Source of the DNA: Perkinsela sp. CCAP 1560/9
Lineage: Eukaryota; Protista; Euglenozoa: Kinetoplastea
Reading direction: 5' to 3'
Length of the DNA stretch: 64,000 nucleotides
NCBI GenBank assembly: GCA_965644495.1
Contig: CBFFSA010000001.1
Span: forward strand, 3,968,001-4,032,000
Shown here in pieces: positions 11,145 to 20,418 of this stretch (its first letter is position 1; each line of letters begins with the position of its first letter). The notes below the pieces were generated by a model. The model saw only the letters and a program-made list of their open reading frames with translations. It had not been told where the DNA came from and made no database searches. The position numbers and the translations under genes were made by a program.

Positions 11145-12755
11145 CACTGTCGTTCAGCTATAAGTCCCCCCCCTCGAATTTTGAAAAACTGGTCTGTTTT
11201 TTATCATCTTTTTTTTAAACGTGTAGAGAATTTTACGTAGGTGCGTTTCCCGCCGTTTAAATTGGTTTTTTGCGACTCATTAGGATCGAATTATTTTTTG
11301 AAAAACAAAATGAGCCGAACAAATGATTTTTTTACAAAAATGTTCCATTTTTTGATATAAAAATATCTATATTTAATTATATTTAAAATATCTATATCTT
11401 TTTATTTGCCGGGTAAAACCCCATAAATACACTCACCGCAGGAAAAGAAGATTACACAAAGACAAGCTTAATATCCAATATTCCACCCCCCGCTCTCCAA
11501 CACCTTGTTCATACGTTTTAAGTACTCTGAACACATTTTTTTTGACCACCTCCCCCATTTCCCTCTGTACCCACTCAAACGTCACACGTAAAGCTTCCCG
11601 TAATTCAGTTCTATTTTTGGGGCGAAGCGTTTCTTTTATGTAGCGCGCCATCATGGCCCAAATGTTTTCCACAGGGTTCAGGTCAGGAGACTTAGGAGGC
11701 CAGTCTAAGCGCCTGTTGATCATCTGAGCCTTTGTGATGGTGTGTGTCGGGGCGTTATCCAGCTGAAGCACCGCGTGTCTGTGATCGCGAATGTATCGTA
11801 CAAAACCGATATCATTCAACGCATCCCACACCGTGGTGGTCTTGATGGATAACCCCCCCTCAAAGACATGAAACCACCACCCATGAGTATCACTATACCC
11901 CATCTATACCATAACCCCCGGACCACCAAACCACTTCTGGTGCGCTGCGGTCATCCGCATGCGTGGGGCGTCGCGTTGGCCAATGTAGTAAAGGCGCCGC
12001 CCATTGCGACTGCAATTGAACAATTTTTCATCCGTCCAGATCATATTGTTTATTTGGGCTGGGCTCCAAGTGAGAAGTTCACGGGCCAGTGCAACGCGCT
12101 TCATGCGCTGCTCAGTTGTAAGTCCCAAGTCTTTGCTCTTACGGATGCGCCCGTAGTCGTCGCAATCCAATGCCCTCTTCACCGAGGAAATTGATCCTCC
12201 ATGCGAATCTTTGATTCTTTCATGGATGGCGGTGAAGGAAGGACACCCATCTGGGTCTTCCCGTGCAAGCTCCAAACAAGCACGCCCTACGGTATCGGTC
12301 CGTTAAGGTAGTTTTTTTTCGGGGAACTCGCTCTGGGGTGGTCAAGTCATTTTTTTCATCGTACATTTTTGCCCATTTTCGTACCGTTTTTTTATCAACT
12401 TTATATTTTTTAGAGATGGAAGTGATGGAAGCACCGCATTTTCGTTCAATAACAAACGAAATGCGCATTGCGAGCGTCGTACGCTCCGAGTTGAGGTAAC
12501 TCGGCCTGTGGTTCCTCACCATGGGTATAAAAAGGGTAGTGTCAATGAGAAAAAAGGGAAAATTTGACTGTACATTAGAAAATCTCGTTTTCGACCAGTA
12601 TTTTGAGTGCCAAAAACGTATATTAAGTTTTAACAAAAAAAGGAAGACCGGCAAAGATAGGCTAGGGATCGAGATCTCTCGTTTGCCGCTGGAATTAGGT
12701 CAAACGGACGCGCGACCCAAAAATAAGGGGGGGGACTTATAGCTGAACGATAGTG
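11145..12755 (-). mobile_element. Tc1/IS630-like DNA transposon
   Basis: TA|CACTGTCGTTCAGCTATAAGTCCCCCCC ... GGGGGGGACTTATAGCTGAACGATAGTG|TA enclosing a transposase remnant. Confidence 0.92.
11468..12522 (-). pseudogene. Tc1-like DDE transposase, disrupted
   Basis: HTH (ISKKYKVDKKTVRKW), WTDEK, LDNAPTH, WPPKSPDLNPVENIW; frameshift near 12277, in-frame TAG at 11904-11906 (VMV*MG, Trp expected), probable frameshift near 11520. Confidence 0.9.
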
Positions 12756-12759
12756 TATA

Positions 12760-13110
12760 CAGGGGGGATCACCAATATCGGGACACCTCCCATTTTTGGG
12801 CCGTGGGTCCGTTTCACCTGATTTTTGTTGCAAAGGAGAGATCTCGACGCGAATATGGTCGGAACGACATTTTGCGCCTATTTAAACACACTTGTAAAAA
12901 AAATTAAAAAAAATACTAAAAAAAACTCCAAAAAATAGTTTGTAAAAATCCCTTTAAAATTGTCTATTAAAGGATACAATTCTCTTTTGTTAAGTTTCAC
13001 ATGGGAAAACAACATAGATTAAAGCGACCATGTTCCATCATCGTTCTTGACAATGCACCGGGTCATGGGCAAGTCCGTCGTGCGGGATTGCAAGCAGGCC
13101 TAAACATTAT
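12760..13110 (+). mobile_element. Deleted Tc1-like element (second family)
   Basis: TA|CAGGGGGGATCACCAATATCGGGACACC end; VLDNAPGHG fragment; inverted relative at 26351-26831. Confidence 0.8.
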
Positions 13111-13427
13111 TGGAGGGAGTGCAAGTGGACCTACGAAGGTCTCAAAAAATACCTACAGCGTTCGCCACCGGTCGTCACCGATCGTCACCGACTCCCAGAA
13201 AACGACACTTTGAAGGCCGAAATGCTCAACTTTATGACTGACTGATCAATATAATTATACATCGGCAAAAACAATTTAGCATTTTATACACCACCAGTTT
13301 ATACATTCCCAACTATTTTGTTAGTTCCATTAATGCAAAATTCTCGCTGTGCTAAGAAATTTTGTGATACTTGTGGGGAAGATTAATGGTCGATCCTTCG
13401 AACCTCAAAAAATACCTAAAGGGGGGG

Positions 13428-13552
13428 TACACCCACTATTGGCAATCACCCACTATTGGCCAACTCACCCACTATTGGCAATCACCCACTCTTGGAAATC
13501 ACCCACTATTGGCAAACTCACCCACTATTGGCAATCACCCATTATTGGCAAA
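13428..13552 (+). repeat. Tandem 17-19 bp repeat CACCCACTATTGGCAA(T/ACT), about 7 units
   Basis: Directly visible; probably subterminal repeats of a MITE. Confidence 0.9.
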
Positions 13553-13823
13553 TAATTAATTACCTCAAAATTTGTTAAGATGGAATTTCTAAATGTACAT
13601 TAGTAGCAACTAATGGACACCTTGAAGGCTGCGGCCATAAAGGAATATTAAATTATAAATTAACTGATAATAAAGTTCTTTATTTTCTTTTTTTGAAGTA
13701 TGAAGGGTGGCATTGCCTCTATTTTGCCCAGTAGACGAACCAAGTACTGTAGGTCCATTGGGGGGTATATGAATTGAAAACAAGCAATCAAATTAGCAAT
13801 TTTACTTTGTTTTTATGCAAAAA

Positions 13824-15058
13824 CAGGGGGGACATTTGTCTGTGTAATACTAATCTGGAGAACATTAATCTGTGTGCTATTAATCTGTGTTAATTCGAAA
13901 ATATTTGGCCGGACGGAAATCTGTGTTAAAAAAACAAAAATGCGCCGCAGGCGAAATTTTTCTTATTTTAGTACATTTTTACGTCTTTTTCTCTGAAATT
14001 TTCCTTTTTCTTTGCAAAACTGGACAATTTTTTGAAAAAATATCATAGCTCCGGCATACCGAGGGGACATTTATCTGTGTAACATTAATCTGTGTAACAT
14101 TAACTTTTTTAGGCTCTTCGTTAAACGCGGTGGTTGTTTTCAACTTAGAAGTCACTCATGCTGCGCGCTTCGCGTTGAAAATTACCGCTGCGTTTAACGA
14201 AGAGCCTAAAAAAGAAAATTTAGCCTGGAAAACGGAAAGATTATAGCCAAAAATAGCCGAATTTCGGGTAAAAATGGGGTGATTTTCGCGTATTTTTGCT
14301 CTCAGAGCACTAAATCCGACATTTGCGCGTGGGAAATCACTCGTAGTCATGAATGGAAGCCTACCGAACGTATTGGATAGAGAATGCGACTCCAACCATA
14401 CCATTCTTTCGGCACAAAAATGCCCCTTTAGGTCCGAAAAATACTTTTTCACCTTTTTCAGTCAAAAATGGGTCATTTTGAGGGCCGTACCACGGTTTGA
14501 AGAAGTGATACCTTGCGAAAACAACTGCGTAGAAAGCTAGTGTAGGTCCCAAACTATCAAAATACAATAGGGGAAACGATTTTGGAAAAATATTTTTTGT
14601 GCCATTTTTTTCGCCAAGTTGAATTTTTTTTCAAAACATTTTTTCCGAAAAAATCCGAACTTGGCGGACCCGTCCTGCGGATACGCGGGGGGGTCACCTC
14701 CGGGTAGGGGGGTGGAAAATGCGCGCCAAGACCCCGGCTACCCTTTCTGCGTTTTTTTTTCGAAAACTAATTTTTTCGAAAAAATTTGCTCGACCATGAC
14801 CCCCCCCCCTGGACCCCCCCCATGGACCCCCCCCATGGACCCCCATTTTTTTCAATTTTGTTTTTCAGTTTTGGACCACCGGAGCCCCCTTTTATATTTT
14901 TTTCTTCTATTATATTACTGTGTTCCTCTTTATATTTTCACTGTTTTTGTTCACTGTTTTTTCAATAATCGAGGGTAGAGCGGTAGTTTTACAACCACCG
15001 CAATCTGTGTTAATTTTACGAATTAACACAGATTAATGTTAGACAAATGTCCCCCCTG
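13824..15058. mobile_element. MITE (CAGGGGGGACATTTGTCT TIR) hosting a hairpin element
   Basis: CAGGGGGGACATTTGTCT ... AGACAAATGTCCCCCCTG|TA with ATTAATCTGTGT subterminal repeats. Confidence 0.8.
14104..15003. mobile_element. Hairpin-ended A^T element, subfamily A
   Basis: Splits the host repeat CATTAA^TCTGTGTT with no extra host bases; palindromic end with about 41-nt arm; fixed end GCGGTAGTTTTACAACCACCGCAA. Confidence 0.92.
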
Positions 15059-16143
15059 TAAAAAACATTCTCTCTCCTTCCCCTCTTTCTCTCTCACTTT
15101 CTCACCTCTTGACCTACTTTTCCCACCTTTCTCCCTACTTCCCTACTTTCCCTTACCCAACTTCTCAACTTTTCAGGGAGGGTAAGGTCTCCCTCAGCTT
15201 CGCCTCACCCGGCCTGCAGGCGGCCCCTCAACCATTCACGCGTTTCGGACCGGGTCTTTCGACCACTCCTCGGCCTGACTTGTGAACCCTTCCCTTGTTA
15301 TACGGGAGGGCGCAGGCGCGGGCCTGTGTCGACAGCGACACGGTCGCGAAACAGGATGCTGGCCGACTGGGAGGAGATTCACTACCCGTGTACTACCTCA
15401 CTTGGTGTACCTAGTCCTCGCGGGCTAGGCGTGAGCATAGACTCTGTCGGCCCGACCAGCATCCAGGCCAGTGGTTTGTGGCCCCGCACATGGCGCCTTC
15501 GCCATGCCCCTAAGCGCCTTCAAGGGGGGCGTTAGGGTCACTGACAACTATCATGGAGACCATCATCCGAGCCTGGGAACGCATCAACGTGATATTAAGC
15601 TCTTGCAAGAGGATGTTTCGTGCCTGAGTGTCTGTCAAAAGACCGTTCGACACGTTGGCACGTAACGCTCCCACCTTCCACAGGACCGTCAAGGCACTTC
15701 TGCTCCATGAGCCGAAGGACTCAACAACCATGGCTGCGAACTGTAACTGAGCCGCTTCCGCTTCCTGGCGCTGCTTCCCTTTCGTTTCAGAGAAGTGTTC
15801 AGCAAAAGACCCCGCAGCCACCCAGCTAGCATTACGGACTGAGTCCAAATACTTCAATTGCTGTGCATGGGTGACTGCGAAGTCTAGAACCATGCCGCCT
15901 CCCAGTTCATAGTTGGGGAGAAAATCGCCTGGTCTGGTGAGACCTCCAGGTCCCCGATTTCCGAGACTTTATTCCCTTTGCGGAGCCATATTGGCCTTGC
16001 TGCAGAAGGAGGTGAACTGTTGGCAAATCGCATTGTGGCGGGTGATGAGACCGTGCCCGTTCTTACACATCAGAGCATGTTCCGCATTTTTTAGGAGTGG
16101 TAAGTCACATCCTTTTGCTGGACAAGGTCGATCCTCTACCAGT

Positions 16144-16459
16144 GAGGGGTATCCCCAGGGGGGGGGGCGGAAAATTATCGCCGCGGCCTACTCTAGCACT
16201 TCCCTGCGTTCGATTTCGAAAAGCAAAAAATTCGAAAAAACAATCTTGACGTATGCCCCCTGGACCCCCCCCCATGGACCCCCCCCTAGACCCCCCATTT
16301 TTTTCAATTTGTTTTTTCATTTTTGGACCACCGGAGCCCCCTTTTATATTTTTTTCTTCTATTATAACTTATTACTGTGTTTCTCTTTTTTTTTCACTGT
16401 TTTTGTTCACTTTTTTTGCAATAATCGAAGGTAGAGCGGTAGTTATACAACCACCGCAA
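16144..16459. mobile_element. Truncated hairpin element (subfamily B, fixed end only)
   Basis: Matches about 62870-63187; ends ..CAACCACCGCAA followed by T. Confidence 0.85.
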
Positions 16460-16460
16460 T

Positions 16461-16806
16461 GTACCGGGTACCCTTTTATACCGGGGGGGTATAATCGCTA
16501 CCCAATATACCCCCCCTGGGCACCGTGGAAAACAAGGGAGTGGGGGGTATAAACGCTCAAAAAAAAATAGAGCGTTTATACCCCCCACCCCCTTGTTTTC
16601 CACGGTGCCATCATGTATTGCCCCTTTTAACCTCTTTGGATACCGCAAAAAAACAGGTCTTCTTTGGTTTACCGCAAAAAAACATTGGAGCTAATATACC
16701 TAATGTACCTCCCACCCACCCGCATTATACCCCCCACCCGGTATAAACGGTAAGCGAATATACCCCCCCTTAATATACAGGGTACACTTTATTATACCCC
16801 CCCTGT
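16461..16806. mobile_element. MITE-like element with internal inverted repeat of about 40 bp (16519-16609)
   Basis: GGGGGGTATA/TATACCCCCC repeats and a GGCACCGTGGAAAACAAGGG...CCCTTGTTTTCCACGGTGCC hairpin. Confidence 0.65.
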
Positions 16807-17599
16807 ACATTAAGTCATACCCCCGTTTAAATCCTTGAGCTTACAAGGGGTCCCAGTCGTCCATGTCGGCTGCGTGAGCGACAGATTAAACGTATGCTGC
16901 CGTTGCGTGCAGTGTAGACGATCTGAGACCGAAGCCTCCGTGGCGCTTCCTTCGTAGTATTTGATCACGTGCGTGGGGGTCCAGGGAAAAAAGTGCCCAC
17001 TCTACAGCCGTCATGACAGAGTCGTCTAGTAAAAAGCAAAGATGGGTAAGGGCCTGTGGGGGTGTAGTTCGGAGGGCGTATACCATCTGACAGAACCCCG
17101 TGCATTGACGGATTAGAGCACAGGCTACTTTGGGGTCTCCTATTAAACCTATGGCGGCTAGGGTCTCACGTGCTGGGTCGATGGCGTATTGCATCAGGAA
17201 CTCCGCGCAGTGCTCGTCCGACCCGATCGGGCTCCCAAGGATATCGAAGTTCCCGTCATGCCGGATTTTCGCCTTTGGGATCTCGGGAAAAAGCGTTGTG
17301 AGATGAGCCGAGGCAGGTGGCGTTATGATTTCACTTTTCGCAGGATTTCGCCGCCATTTTTTATTTTATTTTTTTTTTCTTTATTTTTTTTTAGTTGTCT
17401 GCCCATTGCGCTTAGTTGCGTTTTTAACATTTCCAAGCTATTTATACTTGATGGTACTCCGAGCAAGGAGCAGACCACTGGCAGGCATGGCACACAACCA
17501 TGCCAATCTGCCGACCAACCTTCATCTATACCAACCCCCTTCATCTATCTCCCCACCTAACCACGGTAACCTTCCGTTACCCCATTCCGGTAACCAACC

Positions 17600-17937
17600 C
17601 CGTTCTCTTCTATCCCCAGTGTACGCGGTATTGCATTACGAATATCATTATATTCTCCTGCATATCAAGGGTCATATTCTGAATATTTATGACAGTTTTT
17701 TTGAACATGCCTCAGTAACAGGTCGGGCTAACGTCAAAATTTTCCGAGACAGACTTAGAAATACGCTCAAAGGATCCTTAATTGATGTATTTTGCCAAAT
17801 ACCCTCAGCAAATGCCTGGCGAAAATACGTGCGGACTGCACGTAATTAATATCTTATGTTGTTCTCTATTTGGTGTCGAAAAAGAGTATTTTAACAGATC
17901 AACACTATGCGATGATTGGTCTCCACACCTTAACTAG
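17600..17937 (+). pseudogene. Ulp1/C48-like cysteine protease remnant
   Basis: HYILLH...IYDSF in one frame and QQMPGENTCGLHVINIL in the +1 frame; homologous to 31606-32175. Confidence 0.65.
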
Positions 17938-18283
17938 ACAATAATTTTTATCAAATTCATAAAATTTACCACTCCTGATGTGAGTGCGTAATAGGGAAGC
18001 ATGGTCGGGACCTCCTCGTGGTCTTCCCTGGCACTGCTATCGTAGCGATAGTACAGACGCCGACCTTCATTAGACAAAAATAGAGAAAAAAAACATAGAC
18101 AAAAAAGGAACCGGTCATATTGAAATTTTATGAAAAAATGTTGACTCCCCCACTTAAGAGTCCAAACGCCCAAAATCGGCGGACTCTTAAGTAGGGAGGG
18201 ACAGCAATATTTGTGCTTTATTTTGACAGGAGGAGTATCTAAATTTACCTATTTCTCCCACCTATCTACTTTTCTACCAACAC

Positions 18284-18601
18284 ATGTTTCGACTCCTGTC
18301 ATCCCTCCGCAAAGGTTCCCTTCCTTCCCTTCGCCCCTTGGGTCATCGCATTCTTATCCAACGCACAGAGGCTGCGAAACAGACCTCTAGCGGTCTTCTC
18401 ATTCCGGAACAAGCCCAAGGCCGGGTGAATGAGGGCGTCGTGATGGCCGTTCCTAAGCCCACGAAAGAATTCAAGCCCGCAGTAAAAGCTGGAGATACGG
18501 TGCTGCTGAGTGAGTATGGGGGCACGAAGGTCAAGGTAGATGGTGTCGAAATGGTCATGTTTAATGAGGATCAATTGCTGGGTGTGGTGGTGGGGAAATA
18601 A
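18284..18601 (+). CDS. HSP10: Mitochondrial 10 kDa chaperonin (HSP10/CPN10), paralog 1
   Basis: LRPLGHRILI, SGLLIPE, EGVVMAV, VKAGDTVLLSEYGGTKV, LLGV; basic presequence-like N-terminus. Confidence 0.96.
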   Translation: MFRLLSSLRKGSLPSLRPLGHRILIQRTEAAKQTSSGLLIPEQAQGRVNEGVVMAVPKPTKEFKPAVKAGDTVLLSEYGGTKVKVDGVEMVMFNEDQLLGVVVGK

Positions 18602-18968
18602 GAAGTGGAAAGGGGGAAAGGATGGGTAGTTCTTTTGGGCCATCTATGAGGTAGAACAATCGTACGAAAGGGGTGAACAAATTTGCTAAATAATCTCTTT
18701 TAAAATGATCATGACAAAAGAAGCAGCACGTTGCATTTGTTTGTTAAGCTTGTGGGAATTATAGAAGATGCTGCTTTTTTGGTTTGCTAGTTTCCTTGGC
18801 TGTATGCAAGTTCCTCAACATTTTTCACAAAGGTACGGGTGTCGCAACGCTTATTCCTGTGGGTTTCATATATCGCTAACATTAATTTTATACAATACAT
18901 TTCTGTGTGCTTTCACATTATTTGGGACTAAAAATTAAGTCAACTTTTTTTTCGCTTTTTATTGCGCA

Positions 18969-19277
18969 ATGTTTCGTCTTAGTCCGTACGTGGCTCGCAA
19001 ATCTATTCAACCTTTAGGGAAACGAGTGCTTATCCGACGAGCCCAAGCCGCGAAGGAAACCCAAAGTGGCATCTTAATTCCTGAGCAAGCTCAGGGAAAG
19101 CTAAACGAAGGTACGGTTGTGGCTGTAGCCCCCGCTACTAAAGAATGGACACCCAGTGTGAAGTCCGGGGATCGGGTCTTGCTGAATGAGTACGGCGGAA
19201 CAAAAGTAAAAGTAGAAGGAGAAGACCTGATGTTGTTTCCCGAGGAGCAACTTCTTGGTGTTCTGACCGGAAAATAA
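18969..19277 (+). CDS. HSP10: Mitochondrial 10 kDa chaperonin (HSP10/CPN10), paralog 2
   Basis: QPLGKRVLI, SGILIPEQ, EGTVVAVAPATKEWTPSVK (trypanosomatid-like), EYGGTKVKVEG. Confidence 0.97.
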   Translation: MFRLSPYVARKSIQPLGKRVLIRRAQAAKETQSGILIPEQAQGKLNEGTVVAVAPATKEWTPSVKSGDRVLLNEYGGTKVKVEGEDLMLFPEEQLLGVLTGK

Positions 19278-19710
19278 AAGATGTAGGGCCGTGGGAGATA
19301 TAAATTGTTTTTGTGAGATATTTTATTTCGCAGATCAAACAATCACTGAGTATAAATTCATTCTTCAAACGTTATTTTATTACCGAATCTCTGCTTGGGA
19401 GCTTTGCCTGGATCTTACAGGTTTCTTTCACAATTAAAATCTAAAATTAAATGAACGTTCCTTGAATACAATATGACGGATACATGCATGTACCACTAAA
19501 CTAAAATTTTGCTTATTTATTGCTCAGTGTAACTACAGGTTTCTACTTTTCTATCGACACCATAACCCACAAATTTATTTTTTCAATTCAACAAATTACC
19601 TACAAAACCTTAATCCGAAACTATTTCCTCTTTTTTCCTTTACCCCTTTATCTCTCCTCCATTTTCTTCTCTTTCCTTATACTCCCCCTTCTCCACCCCT
19701 CTTTCTCCTC

Positions 19711-20199
19711 ATGCACCGTTTTCTTACCCCCTCCCCTTCCCCCTCCCCCCTCCTCCTGGTCTTCGCCCACCGCCTCACCCACCCCGACCTCCAGGAGCCT
19801 CCACTGGACCAGCAGCTCTTCCGCACCAAACCCTCCCGCGGCCCCCCGGTCGCCCACCAGCTCAATGTCTACACCCGGGCCCACAAACTTCACCAAAGTG
19901 CGAAATGGAAAAAGGCCAATCTCACGCTCAACTTTGCCGGGGGGAAGGACTTAAGATTACGCGATACCCACGGGGAAGGGAGGCTGGACGCGGACGGGAT
20001 GTACCGGGATTGGCTGTATGGCACCGAGCGACGGTCCGCGAACCTGCTTTGTGGGGGTCTAGCGGTTCTGGTCGCGCTGCTGTATTGCTATTCCATGCAT
20101 TTGCTGCGGCAGGATACGTGGGAGATTCCCGCGAGTTTGTTGCACAAGCCCAAGGTGGTGGGGGGTGGGGAGGGGGAGAGGGGGAAGGGTGTGTCGTGA
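19711..20199 (+). CDS. Small membrane protein, COA3/CCDC56-like cytochrome c oxidase assembly factor
   Basis: RRSANLLCGGLAVLVALLYCYSMHLLRQDTW resembles the COA3 RN..G....Y.Y....Q transmembrane motif. Confidence 0.6.
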   Translation: MHRFLTPSPSPSPLLLVFAHRLTHPDLQEPPLDQQLFRTKPSRGPPVAHQLNVYTRAHKLHQSAKWKKANLTLNFAGGKDLRLRDTHGEGRLDADGMYRDWLYGTERRSANLLCGGLAVLVALLYCYSMHLLRQDTWEIPASLLHKPKVVGGGEGERGKGVS

Positions 20200-20418
20200 T
20201 CGGGTGTTTGTTGCTCTATGGGGAAAGGTATTATGTATAGTATGTGTGATCCAGAAGTTCTTTTTGCCCCAGTTCTTTTTGCCCCTGTATATGTGATCCT
20301 CCTGCATGTACGAATGCATACAAAGCTCTGCTACCCACTCGCTGCTACTTATACGGTTTTTTGGATTTATAGTATTTTTTTCTCTTGTTAGTGCTGCTAT
20401 TTTTTTTGTGTCCTCTTC

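Larger units (their letters stand above)
15061..17320 (-). mobile_element. CRE/SLACS-like non-LTR retrotransposon, truncated and interrupted
   Basis: Minus strand encodes the end of RT and thumb (ILGSPIG, GGFGLRS), a CCHC finger (HALMC...TRHN) and a restriction-like endonuclease (RPGD...LDFAVTH, VVESFGSW). Confidence 0.85.

Noticed and set aside
11904-11906. Stop-codon reassignment (TAG at an expected Trp)
   Set aside because: The same element also has frameshifts, and intact genes end normally at TAA, TAG and TGA.
14156-14978. Recurrent short ORFs (MKKYFSDLKG.., MRAKTPATL.., PPPWTPP..) seen at several loci
   Set aside because: They are translations of the non-coding hairpin element, differ by homopolymer frameshifts between copies and show no domain motifs.
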